Of a DNA stretch of 64,000 bases, positions 11,301 to 24,535 are shown piece after piece (the stretch's first letter is position 1; each line of letters starts with the position of its first letter). The position numbers and the translations under genes were made by a program. The DNA lies in contig OX597814.1 of NCBI GenBank assembly GCA_951406725.2, forward strand, positions 103,602,001 through 103,666,000, in the 5' to 3' direction. The stretch comes from Octopus vulgaris. Its lineage: Eukaryota. The notes under the pieces are model-generated. The model was not told the origin of the DNA. It saw only the letters and a program-made list of their open reading frames with translations, and did not search any database.

Positions 11301-14300
11301 CTACTGACACATGTCATCTTCCTCTCTTTCATCCATTCTCTATCTACTATATTATTTCTATTCTAGTACTCCTCACTCCATTTACTGTCAGTCATCACCT
11401 ACACTCCCTTACCTTCCCACCATCTCTTGTATCATCAACCACCCTCCTCTCTTGCCCACTATTCATTACTTCCACCCATCAACTTACATAATCTCTACAG
11501 CCGCCACCTACTTTTCCCTTCATCTAGTTATCAACTAATCATTAAACCATGTTCCTCCCCATTTCCCATCTCTAACCATTCCTCACTCCCCTATTAAACT
11601 CTTACAAATTCTACCTATACTCCTTACTCTTATCACCACTTTCCTTTTTCACCTTCTTGTACATTTAAGACCCATCCTTACCAGTTAAATCTGCTCTTTC
11701 ATAACATGAGTAGCCATGTAGCAACTCTACAGCAAGAAACCTGTTCTATTTTGGCCTTTTCCCTCACACTTTAATCCCTCATCTAGCTTAAAATTTTCCC
11801 TAATCCCACTTAGTTGAAAGGGTTCATTGCCTTGTGAACTCATAATGACTTCACAAGGTACCGTGAGAAAAAAAAAAGCTCCCAGTACAATCTATAAAGT
11901 GATTGGTGTTAAGGTTGTAGAAACCATACTAAAGGGGACATTGGAGCACAATGCAATCCTTGACTCAAACAATCCAATGTCTACCAACATGGAAGATGAA
12001 CATGGGAAGGGTATTCCCCCCTCCTGGCTTTCACAGAAGGAGGAAAAGCATGTCTGCATGGTTTTCACAGACAGAGGATGGAGACATGTCTCCATTGTTC
12101 TGAGGAAAGATATGTCTGTTTGACCTTCACAAACAAGAGGAGGGCATGTCTCCACTATGGCCCTCACAGGCCTCTCTGGACTTGTGAATGCAGTTAATGT
12201 TCTTCAACTGTTGCAATTTGACAGCTGCAGGGGAAAATGTGAGGAAATTTCAGAAGGAGGAATTCAAACAAATTGTAGAGGAAGAATTGAGTTGGGTCTG
12301 GTGTGACTGAATGGAGGTGGGCCTGAGAGGAGAGAGACCACTTGGATTGGATTTGATTTCATGAATGTAGAGTTCTGGAACTAGGCATGGGTGGTTGTTT
12401 GCTTCCACATGGTTTCAGGTTCAGTTCCACTTTGTGGAACCTTGGGGCAAATATCTTCTATTGCAACATGGGACCGGCCAAAGACTCAAGTGGATTTGGT
12501 ATATGGAAACTAAAAATGCCCTTCATACATGTGTGTGTGTGTGTGTGAGTGTTTGTGTGTCTTTGTGCCTGTCTTTCCCACCACTGCTTGACAATCGGTG
12601 TTGGTGTGTTTACATCCCTGTAACTCAGCAGTATGGCAAAAGAGATTAATAGAATAAGTAGCAGGCTTAAAAATAATAGCAAGTCCTGGGGTCAATTCAT
12701 CTGATGAAAATTTCTTCAAGGCCGTGCTCCAGCATGGTCGCAGTCTAACAACCGAAACAATTAAAAGTAAATATAAAAAATCCCTGAATTGGAAATATAC
12801 TTTTTTACTCTAGGCACAAGGCCTGAAATTTTTGGGGAGAGACCAGTCGATTAAGATTGACACCAGTATGCAACTGGTACTTAATTTATTGACCTCGAAA
12901 GGATGAAAGGCAAAATTGACTTCGGTGGAATTTGAACTCAGAACGTAAAGGCAGACAAAATACTGCTGAGCATTTCATCCGGTATGCTAACAATTCTGCC
13001 AACTCCCTGAATTGAAAATATTGACCAACAAATCTGTGCAGGATAAATATCTTCCAATAATTTCCAAATCTCTTGTTGAATTTTATTTTTATCTGTTTCA
13101 GGAATACATCAAGAATAAGCTCAATGATGATATTGCTCAGAACTTCTATGAACATATCCTTTGTTCACAAAGCAGATGTCCATCTCGGGGTTATATACCA
13201 CACCATAATGTGACTGTATCACATTTGAAGTTCAGTGACAGCCTAGCCTCTCTTTTGAAGGGCAGCGTGGAGGAAAAAGGTAAGGCTGTCATTGCTCTTT
13301 GTAAAAGGAAGACTGCAGCAAAACCCCCAGCCACAATCCCAAGGCCAGAATCCATTCAGTTTGAAGCTTTGCTACAGGTAAAAATGAAACTTTAAAGGAT
13401 TTTACAAAAGTTTGAATTTTAAAAAAACTTTAAATTAAAATTTTTCTTTTAAATTTTTATTTGATGAAAGTGAAATATGTTTTCAAATGAAATTCAGGAG
13501 AAATCAAGTTGAAAAACTAAAACAACAATTTTGAAATTTGGAATTGGATGAATGAGTCTTTCATGTATCAGGTCATTAAGAATGAAATGTCCAATTTCCT
13601 TCTGCACCAAGTTTCACAGTCGTTAACTCTAATGTTATATCCTGACAATTCTTTGTTTTACAACATTGAAGAGTTACATCATCACTTTTCGAAATACAAT
13701 TCATGGTGTCTGATTATAATGGTGAGTTTTCTCTTGTAAATGAATCTTTTTGAATCCACGAATATGAGATTTGTTGTGGAACCAATGCATCCCAAACAGC
13801 TCGAAACATCAATGAGGTGTTTGGTGAAGATGTGGCGAATGAGTGCACTGTACGTCGATGGTTTGAGAAGTTCTGGTCTGGTGACTTTACTCTTGAAAAT
13901 CAGTGCTTTGGTAGACCTGAGACCAATGATGAACTGGAAACTGTAGTGAAAGTGAATACATCTCAAACTATGTGTGAGTTAGCAGCAGGGTTTGATGTTT
14001 CAATTCTAACTGTATTGGACCATCTGAAACAAAAGTTGGTAGGTACCAAGTGGGTACAAGCATCACATGACACATAGTCTTCAAACTTGCTGTTCTTTGC
14101 TGTCACGGCATAAAAATGAACCATTGTTGCATCATACTGTTATGAAGAATGTGATGAAAAATGTATTCTTTTCAACAATAGCAAGTGTTCTGCATAGTGC
14201 CAAAACACAATCCCAAAAAGAATATTCACCAAGAAAAGTTAATGGTATCTGTTTGGTGGTCCTGCACTGGTGTCGTCCACTATAGCTTCATGAGACCTGG

Positions 14301-17300
14301 TAAGTTAATTACAGCGGATGTATGCATCAACCAATTGGATGAAATGATGAATGAACTTGCAATTAAACAACCAAGATTGGTCAACAGAGACAGGCCAATT
14401 CTCTTGTATGACAATGCTTGACCACATAATGCACAAAGAACATTACTCATGTTACAGGAACTGAACTTGGAAGCACTCTGTCATCCATCATATTCACCAG
14501 ACCTTGCACCAACTGACTATCCTGCTTTCCAGGCATTAGACAACTTTTTGCAAGGAAAAAACTTCAAATCTGAAGAAGATGCAAAAACAGCCTTTTATGA
14601 TTTCATCACCTCGTGCTCTCCAGAATTCTTCACTGCTGGCATAAATAAGCTACCGATAAAATGGCAAAACTGTGTTGATAATTTAGGTGCATACTTTGAT
14701 TAACTGCATTGCTTTTTGTTGAGAGAAAGTAAAATAAACTTTTGGTTCAAAATTGGATATTTCATTCTTAATGACCTGATATATTGTGAGAGAAGTGAAA
14801 GAATGTGTCTGTCAACCAAGGGAGTACATGATGGAAGGGAACAGTGTGAAGCAGGTAACCTATTTAGGCTGTTCTTATGTCAGAAAATGGTCAATGACTT
14901 TGCTGATGCCATAAGCTGCAGAATTGCCTTTACAAGCGATCCACACAAAAAAACCATTCTGGTGCTCATTTAGGAGAGAATTACATTCCTGGTAATTACA
15001 TTTAACACCATCTTCAGCATAAATTGACACAGCACTACATGCCTGTCTGTTAGTCTTGTACCTCCTGAAACCAAATAAATTCAATCAAGTTTGTTTACAT
15101 TCATTTTAAAGAAAGTTATGAAGAGCAGGAGGCTTTAAACTATTCCCTTCTTATTTATTTACATTTAATGCCCCTTTCTCTATCATTTAATGTGTTATCT
15201 CCACCCACACGTCACCAAATTTTTCCAGATTTTTTCCAGTTTTCCTTGAAAAATAGCTGCTGACCATTGTTTGAGTTCAATATATTCAATGATTTAATCT
15301 TTGAATTAAAGGCAGATAAGGCTTTCAAGAGGATAACTAGAGTGATATATTCGTTTCTTCTGTGTAAACTTGGTGTCTGATTTGATCCATCCAGTTTTTC
15401 AAGTGACTTGAATGAACTCAGGTAATTATCTGAAGAATAGTTGGACACATGTTAACCTTTGGCAAGCATTGTTGGTCCAAAAATACCTGTAGAATTAAAT
15501 CTAATAAACATGGACATACAAGCATCACAAATGAAAATAAAGCATTTTTCTCCTGATGTTAAAAGTTGAAGATGTTGATGGATGTTTACAACTGTTTTTA
15601 TTATCTTTCGGAAATTGCAAGTGAGGAAGTCCAGTGTGATTGTGACAGTGGCACTACCTGGCAATCATCATCATCATCATCGTTTAATGTCTGCTTTCCA
15701 TGCTGCCATGGGTTGGATGGTTTGCCTGAGAGCTGCACCAGGCTCCAATCCTATCTGGCAAAGTTTCTACAGCTGACTGCCCTTCCTAACGCCAACCACT
15801 CTAAGAGTGTAGTGGAGGCTCTTTACATGCAACCAGCACTTGAGCCAGTTAGGCGGCACTGGCATTGACCACACTTGATTGGTGTTTTTAACGTTCCACT
15901 GGCATGGGTGCAAATCAGGCAGTACTGTCATTGGCCACAACAACAATTTCACTTGCCTCAACAGGCCTTCACAAGCGCAGTTTAATGCCCAATGATTGAA
16001 GGGTACTCATAAATGGGCTGGTTATGCTACTCTGAGACATAGGCCACAGTTACAGTCTCACTTGGCTTACTGGGTCTTCTCAAGCACAGCATATCTCCAA
16101 AGGTCTAGGTCACTTGTCATTGCCTTGGTGAGGTCCAACGTTCGAAGGTCGTGCTTCACCACCTGATCCCAGGTCTTCCTGGGTCTACCTCTTCCACAGG
16201 TTCCCTCTACTGCTAGGGTGTGACACTTTTTCACACAGCTGTCCTCATCTATTTGCAACACATGACCATAACAGCACAGTCACCTCTCTTGCACATCACA
16301 TCTGATGCTTCTTATGTCCAACTTTTCTCTCAGGGTGCTTACACTCTGTCGTCTATGCACACTGACATTACAGATCCAGCCATGACTCACAGAAATAAGT
16401 TTGAGGGAATTTGCTTTGATCATGATTAAAAGGTGGTGTGGAGGAGGGAGGTGATTAACTCTGGATTATACCATTTTGAGGATCAGTCACATTGTTAGGA
16501 TCAACTGATTAGGGGTGGTGGGTTCCCCATTTAGTTGTCGTGTGTAAGAGAGTTGGAATGGAAGTGAGACTAGGAAAAGTTTCGATGTGTTTGTGTGAAG
16601 TTGGAAGCAAACAATTGCATTATCTGTCAAGCTGGAAGATTCTGCAAATTAATTTAAAATCCTTTTGTTGAAGAAGCAAAAATTCTATCTGCAATGTGGC
16701 AGGCATCCATTTGTTTCTTAATGTATGTCTGGCAGTCATTGCAGTTGTGGATAACTGAGTGTCAGTTGGTGGTGTGCACAGCCTGGTAGTCGTGGGTCAC
16801 TTCCTGTGGGTGGTCCAAGTTATATTGTACAAGTGCAGCATAACTTTAGGTAATGTAAGCTGAGGGAGACCAAGCTAATTTGGTCAATTACTCAGCTGTT
16901 GCAGACAGATCAAGATTGAAACCCATTTCTTGCAAAGACTTGTCCAAAGAAGAGCAGATATGTGGACATAATGTGATGATGATGTTGTTGTTGTTGTAAG
17001 ACTTGTCACGAAGAAGGGAAGTGATGTGAAAGCTGGAGATAAAAATTGAATATTATGCAGCATGAAGTCATATGAGAGCAACTGGTTATGGGAAATATTG
17101 ATGTTTCTAGGCATGGTGACTGTTCTAGATGATGCTTGTCTGATAAAGAGATGCTATGTGGAAGGGGCTCATGACAAAGAGACAAGGTGACATGGGGTCA
17201 TTTGAGAATGATAATAACAACTGCAACCAACATGGAAAAAGCAGACATTGGAAAGGTTTTGGGCTATTTGCCACATATTGTATCTGTTTCTATTAATGAC

Positions 17301-19092
17301 TTGGCCTCATCAACTAAAATTTAATTTAAAACAAAAAAAAAAAATTACATATCTGTCCCTGTTAATTGTTTTCAGCACCATTTTTCGATGTTCTTTTTGT
17401 TGTTTTTTTCCTTCAGTTGGTCGAACAGCTTTCTGAGTCTCTTTGGATGCAAATGTCCAGAGTTGTGTCGAACCACTACAACTGGAGCCTGACCTGCCAC
17501 ACTGATTCAATAAAACAACTCGGCACTGCACTGCTTGAAGATCTCTCAGTATCAAGTGAGTATAAACATTTGGTAATAATAAATCTGGTTTTGACTGAAG
17601 AAAACCTCCCCAAAAATGGAACTTGAATGGTATTGTTGATTCAATTTATTTGTCTAAAGGCAACTTTGATTTCTTTTAAGACAGTTTTCAATAACATTCT
17701 GCTGTGGTAGATCTTTTGTGATTTTCTCATCTCTTGTGGATTGAGAACTACTCTATCTCATCTCTTTGCAATATCTTCTGCATCATTGATTAATGTGGAT
17801 CCATCTTTGGAATGGGGAGGAGCAATGGTTGATTGGTGAGGAGTAAATATTTGTTTTGATAAGCTGCAGATTATTCTGAAGTGTTTTTTAGTCAAAGACC
17901 TGTTGAATCATCATCATCAATTAATATCTGTTTTGCATGGGTTATACAGCTTGACCAGGGCTGGCAAGGCAGGGACCTGCCCCAGGTTCCATACTTTGTG
18001 TTGGTACAGCTGGATGTCCTCCTTAATGCCAATCACTTTACAGAGTGGACTGGGTGCTTTTTATGTGGCACCAGCACCAATGCGTTTTATATAGCACATG
18101 GTATATATTACACACACACACATTTAAAATTCTCATAATCATACATCCACTTTTTCATACCTCTTGATTGAACCACTCTTCTCCAGTTAAGTCTCTTTTC
18201 TTGCCATTTGTTAGAATTACTTGTCATTTCATTTGTGAGATTTTAAATATTGAGATAAACTTTCACCACTCCTCTGTGTGTGCATATATATATATATATA
18301 TAAATATAAAATACATCAAGTACAGGACATCACCGATGAGTAAAGATTACGTGGACACATGAGTGTAAGTACATGACAAATTACTAAAAAATATACAATA
18401 AGAACAGGACATCACCAATGAATGAAGAATACGTAAACAGATAAGTATGAGACAAATTGCCAAAAGAAGTCTAACCCATCCTCGGTTGTCGACTGTTTAT
18501 TACTCCTTATTTCGAGCTTTTAATGACAATATAGGAAAACTTCATAAACAGCAGTATCCAGAAATTGTAGAAATATAAAATTTGTGGAAGGTTAGAGATT
18601 CGAATGAACAAACAATGACAGAGTGGACGTACAGAGTAAACAACTGATGAAGACAAACAGTAAGGGCCATTAGGCCAAGACACATTGTAATGGGTAATGT
18701 ATGGGAGAAATTTTGAAAGGATATAAAATAAATCCAATGCGTCTTGGCCTAACAGCCTTTAATATTTGTCTTTGTTGATTGTTTACTCTGTACATCCACT
18801 CTGTCGTTGTTCGTTCGAAGCTCTAACTCTCCAGAAATTTTATATTTTAAAAATTTCTGGAAGCTGCTGTTTATGAAGTTTTCCTCTATTGTCATTGAAA
18901 GCTCAAAATAGGTAGTAATTAAGTCGACAATTGAGGAGGGGTTAGACTTGTTTTGGTAATTTGTCCCGTACTCATCCCTCATCTGTTTACATAATTTTCA
19001 CTCATTGGTGACATCCTGTACTTGATGTATTTTATATTTATTTATAATTCAACTCCACACAGCCTTGTCCACAGTAAGTTTTTACTTATCTA

Positions 19093-19137
<45 letters not shown>

Positions 19138-22100
19138 TCATCATCATCATCATCATCGTTTAGCGTCCGTTTTCCATGCTAGCATGGGTTGGACGGTTCT
19201 ACTGGGGTCTGTGAAGCCAGAAGGCTTCATCAGGCCCAGTCAAATCTGGCAGTGTTTCTACGGCTGGATGCCCTTCCTAACGCCAACCACTCCGTGAGTG
19301 TAGTGGGTGCTTTTTACGTGCCACCCGCACTGGTGCCAGACAGAGCTGGCAAACGGCCACGAACGGATGGTGCTTTTTATGTGCCACCGGCACGAGGGCC
19401 AGGCGAGTCTGGCAACGGACACGAAACGGGGCGGTGCTGGCAACGGTCGCGAAACGGAAAGTTCTCTTACATGCCACCGGCACTGGTAACACATCTGCAA
19501 TTTCCATTGATCGATTTCCATTGATCGATTTCGATTCTGATCCTCACTTGCCTCAACGGGTCTTCACAAGCAGAGTTTTGACATGCCACCGGCACTGGTA
19601 GCACATCCGCAATTTCCATTGATCGATTTCGATTCTGATCCTCACTTGCCTCAACACGTCTTCACAAGTAGAGTTTTGTGTCCCAAGAAGGGAAGGTATG
19701 CATACGTAGGCCGGCTCCATCCCATGTAGAAGGCCATGGGTTATGGACTCACTTGTCCTGCCGGGTCTTCTCGCGCACAGCACACTTCCAGAGGTCTCGG
19801 TCTCTAGTCATTTCCTCAGTGAGACCTAAAGTTCGAAGGTCGTGCTTCACCACCTCGTCCCAGGTTTTCCTGGGTCTGCCTCTTCCACAGGTTCCCTCAA
19901 CCGCTAGGGTGTGGCACTTTTTCACACAACTATCTTCATCCATTCTCGCCACATGACCATACCAGCACAAACGTCTCTCTTGCACACCACAACTGATGCT
20001 TCTTAGGTCCAGCTTTTCTCTCAAGGTACTTACACTCTGCCGAGTGTGAGTACCGGCATTACACATCCATCGGAGCATACTGGCTTCATTTCTAGCGAGC
20101 TTACGCATATCCTCAGCAGTCACGGCCCATGTTTCACTGCCATGTAGCATGGCTGTTCGTACACACGCATCATACAGTCTGCCTTTCACTCTGTGCGAGA
20201 GGCCTTTTGTCACCAGCAGAGGTAAGAGCTCTCTGAACTTTGCCCAAGCTATTCTTACTCTAGCAGTTACACTTTCAGCACACCCGCCCCCGCTGCTGAC
20301 TTGGTCACCTAGGTAACGGAAACTATCAACTATTTCTAGTTTTTCTCCCTGGAAAGTGACGGAAGTTGGTCTCAGAGCATTTTCAGTGTTTATTGTTCCT
20401 GAGCATCTGCCACATACAAAAACCATCTTCCTAGTTAGCCTTCCTTTGACATTGCTGCATCTCTTATGTGTCCATAGCTTACACTTGGTGCATCTTATAG
20501 AGTTTCTACCTACACCTTTTCTACAGATCGAGCAGGGCCATCTACCTGAAGGTGTTTGTGATTTGTCTACCTTCCTACTGATTACGACTTTGGTTTTAGC
20601 TAGATTGACTCTGAGGCCCTTCGATTCTAATCCTTGTTTCCACACCTGAAACTTCTCCCCAGTTCTGATAGCGACTCAGCAATTAGAGCAAGGTCATCAG
20701 CATAGAGGAGCTCCCAAGGGCATCCTGTCTTGAATTCCTCCGTTATTGCCTGGAGGACTATGATAAATAGGAGGGGGCTGAGTACTGAGCCTTGGTGGAC
20801 TCCTACCTCTACCCGGAATTCTTCACTGTACACATTTCCAACCCTCACCCTACTAGCGGCGTCCCTATACATGGCCCGCACAGCTCTCACTAACCATTCA
20901 TCTATCCCTAGTTTCCTCATTGCCCACCAGATAAGGGATCGGGGGACCCTGTCGAAGGCTTTCTCCATGTCAACAAAAGCCAGGTACAGGGGCTTATCTT
21001 TGGCTAGGTATTTCTCCTGCAGCTGCCTTACCAGGAATATAGCATCAGTAGTACTTTTCCCTGGCACAAACCCAAACTGCATCTCATCTAAACTAACTCT
21101 CTCTCTAATTAGTTGGGCTATGACCCTCTCCGTAACCTTCATCACCTGGTCCAACAGCTTGATACCTCTGTAGTTATTTGTATCTAGGGCATCACCTTTA
21201 CCTTTGTAGCAGTTGACTATTATACTGCTACACCAGTCATTGGGTATGACCCCTTTGTGTATCACCTGATTAACTATACGGGTGACTAGGCTATAGCCGA
21301 CACTACCAGACATTTTGAGCATCTCTGCAGTGATTCCTGATGGGCCTGGGGCTTTCCCTGTCTTCATGCTTCTAATTGCCTTAGCTACCACGGAACTATC
21401 AACTCGGATAGCTGGTCCCTCTGTTGGGTCAACATTCGGCAGACTCTCTTTATCCCATTCATTTTCTTCATTCAGCAACCTTTCATAGTGGCATCTCCAA
21501 ACCTCTCTCTTTGCATCCTCATTTAGCGCAAGTGAACCATCTTCCATGCGAACACACTTCTCTCCTACCACATCACGATTCTCTCTCACACACTGTCTTG
21601 CAACACGAAACACCTCCAGTCTTTGGTCCTCTCGGCGCAGAACATTGGCAAATTTTTTCTTATCTGCTTCCCCTCTGGCTAAATAAACCTGTCTCCTAGC
21701 TTCTCTTTTGGCAGTCTGATACAATCCCCTGCTACCCCCATTTTTCCAGACCTTCCAAGCCTGTCTCTTTTCTCTAATAGCCCTGTCTACAATATTGTTC
21801 CACCACCACGTTATTCTAGGTCGAGAGGGGACTTTGCACCAGCCACAGATCTGGTCAGTGGCTCTCAGCAGGTTGTCCCTTAGAAACGTCCAGCTGTCTT
21901 CTACCCCCTGTGATGCTCTATCCCCTTCTACTTCGTCAGAGGCTTCAAGTAATATGTCCCTAAATCTCTGTCCATTTGCAGGATCTTTAAGCTTCCAGAT
22001 CCTTCTTCTCCATATTTGTCGTCTTCTGGTTGTCCTCCTAGTCCTGATCCTAAAGTCACTAACTACCAGTCTATGTTGTGGGGTACATTCTTCACCTGGG

Positions 22101-24482
22101 AAGGTTTTGGCATTTATAAGCAGCCATCTCTCCCTTTGCCTTGTAAGGATGTAGTTAATTTGGCTGGTATGTTGGCCCGATTGGTAAGTGACTAGGTGGC
22201 TGATATATTCCTCTCTCTCTTTCGGAGAGGCACTGAGCACCTACACGCACATATACACACACGGCAGTAACTTCTGCATATATATATATATATATGTGCT
22301 GTCAATATATCATATATCCAAAAAGAAGCACACTCTAAAATATAGAGTAGAAAAGTATTAAAGTAATGAAGTTAATGTCTGGTTAAAGAGTGATCAAGGG
22401 TTTCACATTCAAGAAGGAAGGTGCAGCTTCACAGATGACTCAATCAGATTCTAGTCCAAAGAGAAATTTAACTCATCACCTTTGGGAGGTAGAAATCTGT
22501 TATGGTCATTGGTCATTTGGTCATCAGGGTATAACAAGTCCAGCGTTAATGAGCACAGCTTACCTCTCCTAGACCAGCTATTTGTGAACCTGGAGAGGGG
22601 AATAAGGGCTCTATCCCTTGGGCTGCTATTGGATTTTAAAGACTCTTCTGGGGCTTAGTTAGCAAACTGGGAACCTCATGCTTGCAGCAGGTAGTGCTTG
22701 AAATAATGGATGCATAGTGTGAAGATTTCAGCGACCCAGGTTTCAGAGTATCCTAGCTCGCTTAGCTGTGCAGAGCTGGCAGCATACAATCCTGTTGGTA
22801 TAGGATCCCAGCCATTCTAAGATCTTCCACTTGATATTGTATGGGGTCCTTTCATCTTAGAGGTACCACACATGGCTGACCAGGGATGTGATAAATTGTC
22901 TTTCTGGGACCCTGAAGGAGGACCTGTAGTTGTACAAGTGTCGCTTGAATGCTGTACTGGCTGATCCAATGTATTTCCAGGCTTGGGTGCTGGTTGTATT
23001 CACATTACTGGTGCATCTCCAGTTCGCTCTTGACCTTGGATGTTGTTGGGGTTGCCATCAGTGCTGTTATCATTATGATGTGTGGGTCCAGCAAAGCTGC
23101 TCTTGCTGTGGTTGTCATCATTGTGGTGGGTGTAGGGTTGGCACTATTGTTGCCGGTGATGATGTAGGTGCTGTCAGTGGTAATGTAGGGTGTGGGGCTT
23201 CGTTGGTGCTGGCAAGGTCCTCTTCTCCAGCTGTAGTGCTGGTACTGGGGTTGTTGGGGTCAGTGCTGGTGTTTCTGTCACCGCCTCCAATGTTGTTGGG
23301 TGATTCATTGCTGCTATTACTGAGGTCACTAAGCCTGGGTATTACCACACCTTCGTAGATGACTCCCTCACATTCACACTGGCCCCTCCTCCCCGTGTTT
23401 TATGGGTGTTAGCTAATATTCTTTCCATGTTAGGTGCACAACTAAAGGAGACCCTCAGGTTGTGCCTGTTGAATAAATGTCTGTATCTGTGTGTCTGCAT
23501 GAAGTGTTTGTCTATTAACCCAAAGGTGATGAGTTAAATTTCTCTTTGGACTAGAATCTGATTGAGTCATCTGTGAAGCTGCAACCTTCTTGAATGCGAA
23601 ACCATTGGTCACTCTTTGACCAGACATTAACTTTATTACTTATACATATTATAGGATTCATTAGAATCTAGGTGCATCAACACATAGGACGCCAGGACTG
23701 GCTAGGTCTCATAACAATGAAGCAAAAACAGCTATTAGGTGTCATGGGTTGGTGAATAAGTCATCATCAAGTTTTGCTTTGTTTCTTTACACCTGTTTAA
23801 AATTTTACCTGAAGATGGTGGATTTATGCTATGATGTAATCTAGGAATGCACCAATAAAATGCTACCAAAACAGCTCGAGTAAATTTTAAACCTCATTTG
23901 TGTCCTCCTTTATATATATATATTATTATTGTTATTATTAAGAAAATGGAGAGGTTCAATGGATATAAATTAATTTATTAAAATTTTCAATAAGACCTAC
24001 AATTGTTTCAATTCATACTCAATACAAATTACAAACATATAGAATAAAATAAGTTAGCATTTTGAAGATTAGAGCAAAATATCAGGGCGAAGGGACATTA
24101 AGGAGACTCGAGATGTTAATCGGTTGAGATTCCGCAACACACAGTCTGTTGGAGTATCTCAACTGATCAACTTGTAGCTTCCTTAATGTCCATTGGCCCT
24201 GATGATATTTTGTTCTAAATCTTCAAAATGCAAACTTATTTTATTCTATATGTTTGTAATTTGTATTGAGTATGAATTGAAACAATTGTAGGCCTTATTG
24301 AAAATGTTAATAAATTAATTTATATCCATTGAACCTCTCCATTTTCTTACTTAATAATTATTGGTATATATAAAATACCTGTTTTTATATTAAAGAGATA
24401 TTTCTCAACAATATGATATATTAAACCAGTGTAACTAGGATGAAAATATCCCTACAAGAGGTTCATATATCCTCATAGTGAC

Positions 24483-24535
<53 letters not shown>

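Noticed and set aside
22431-22480. CAGATGA...GAAA in the PLE inverted arms
   Set aside because: Core is mutated in both arms and stems are unsupported; at most a dead relic
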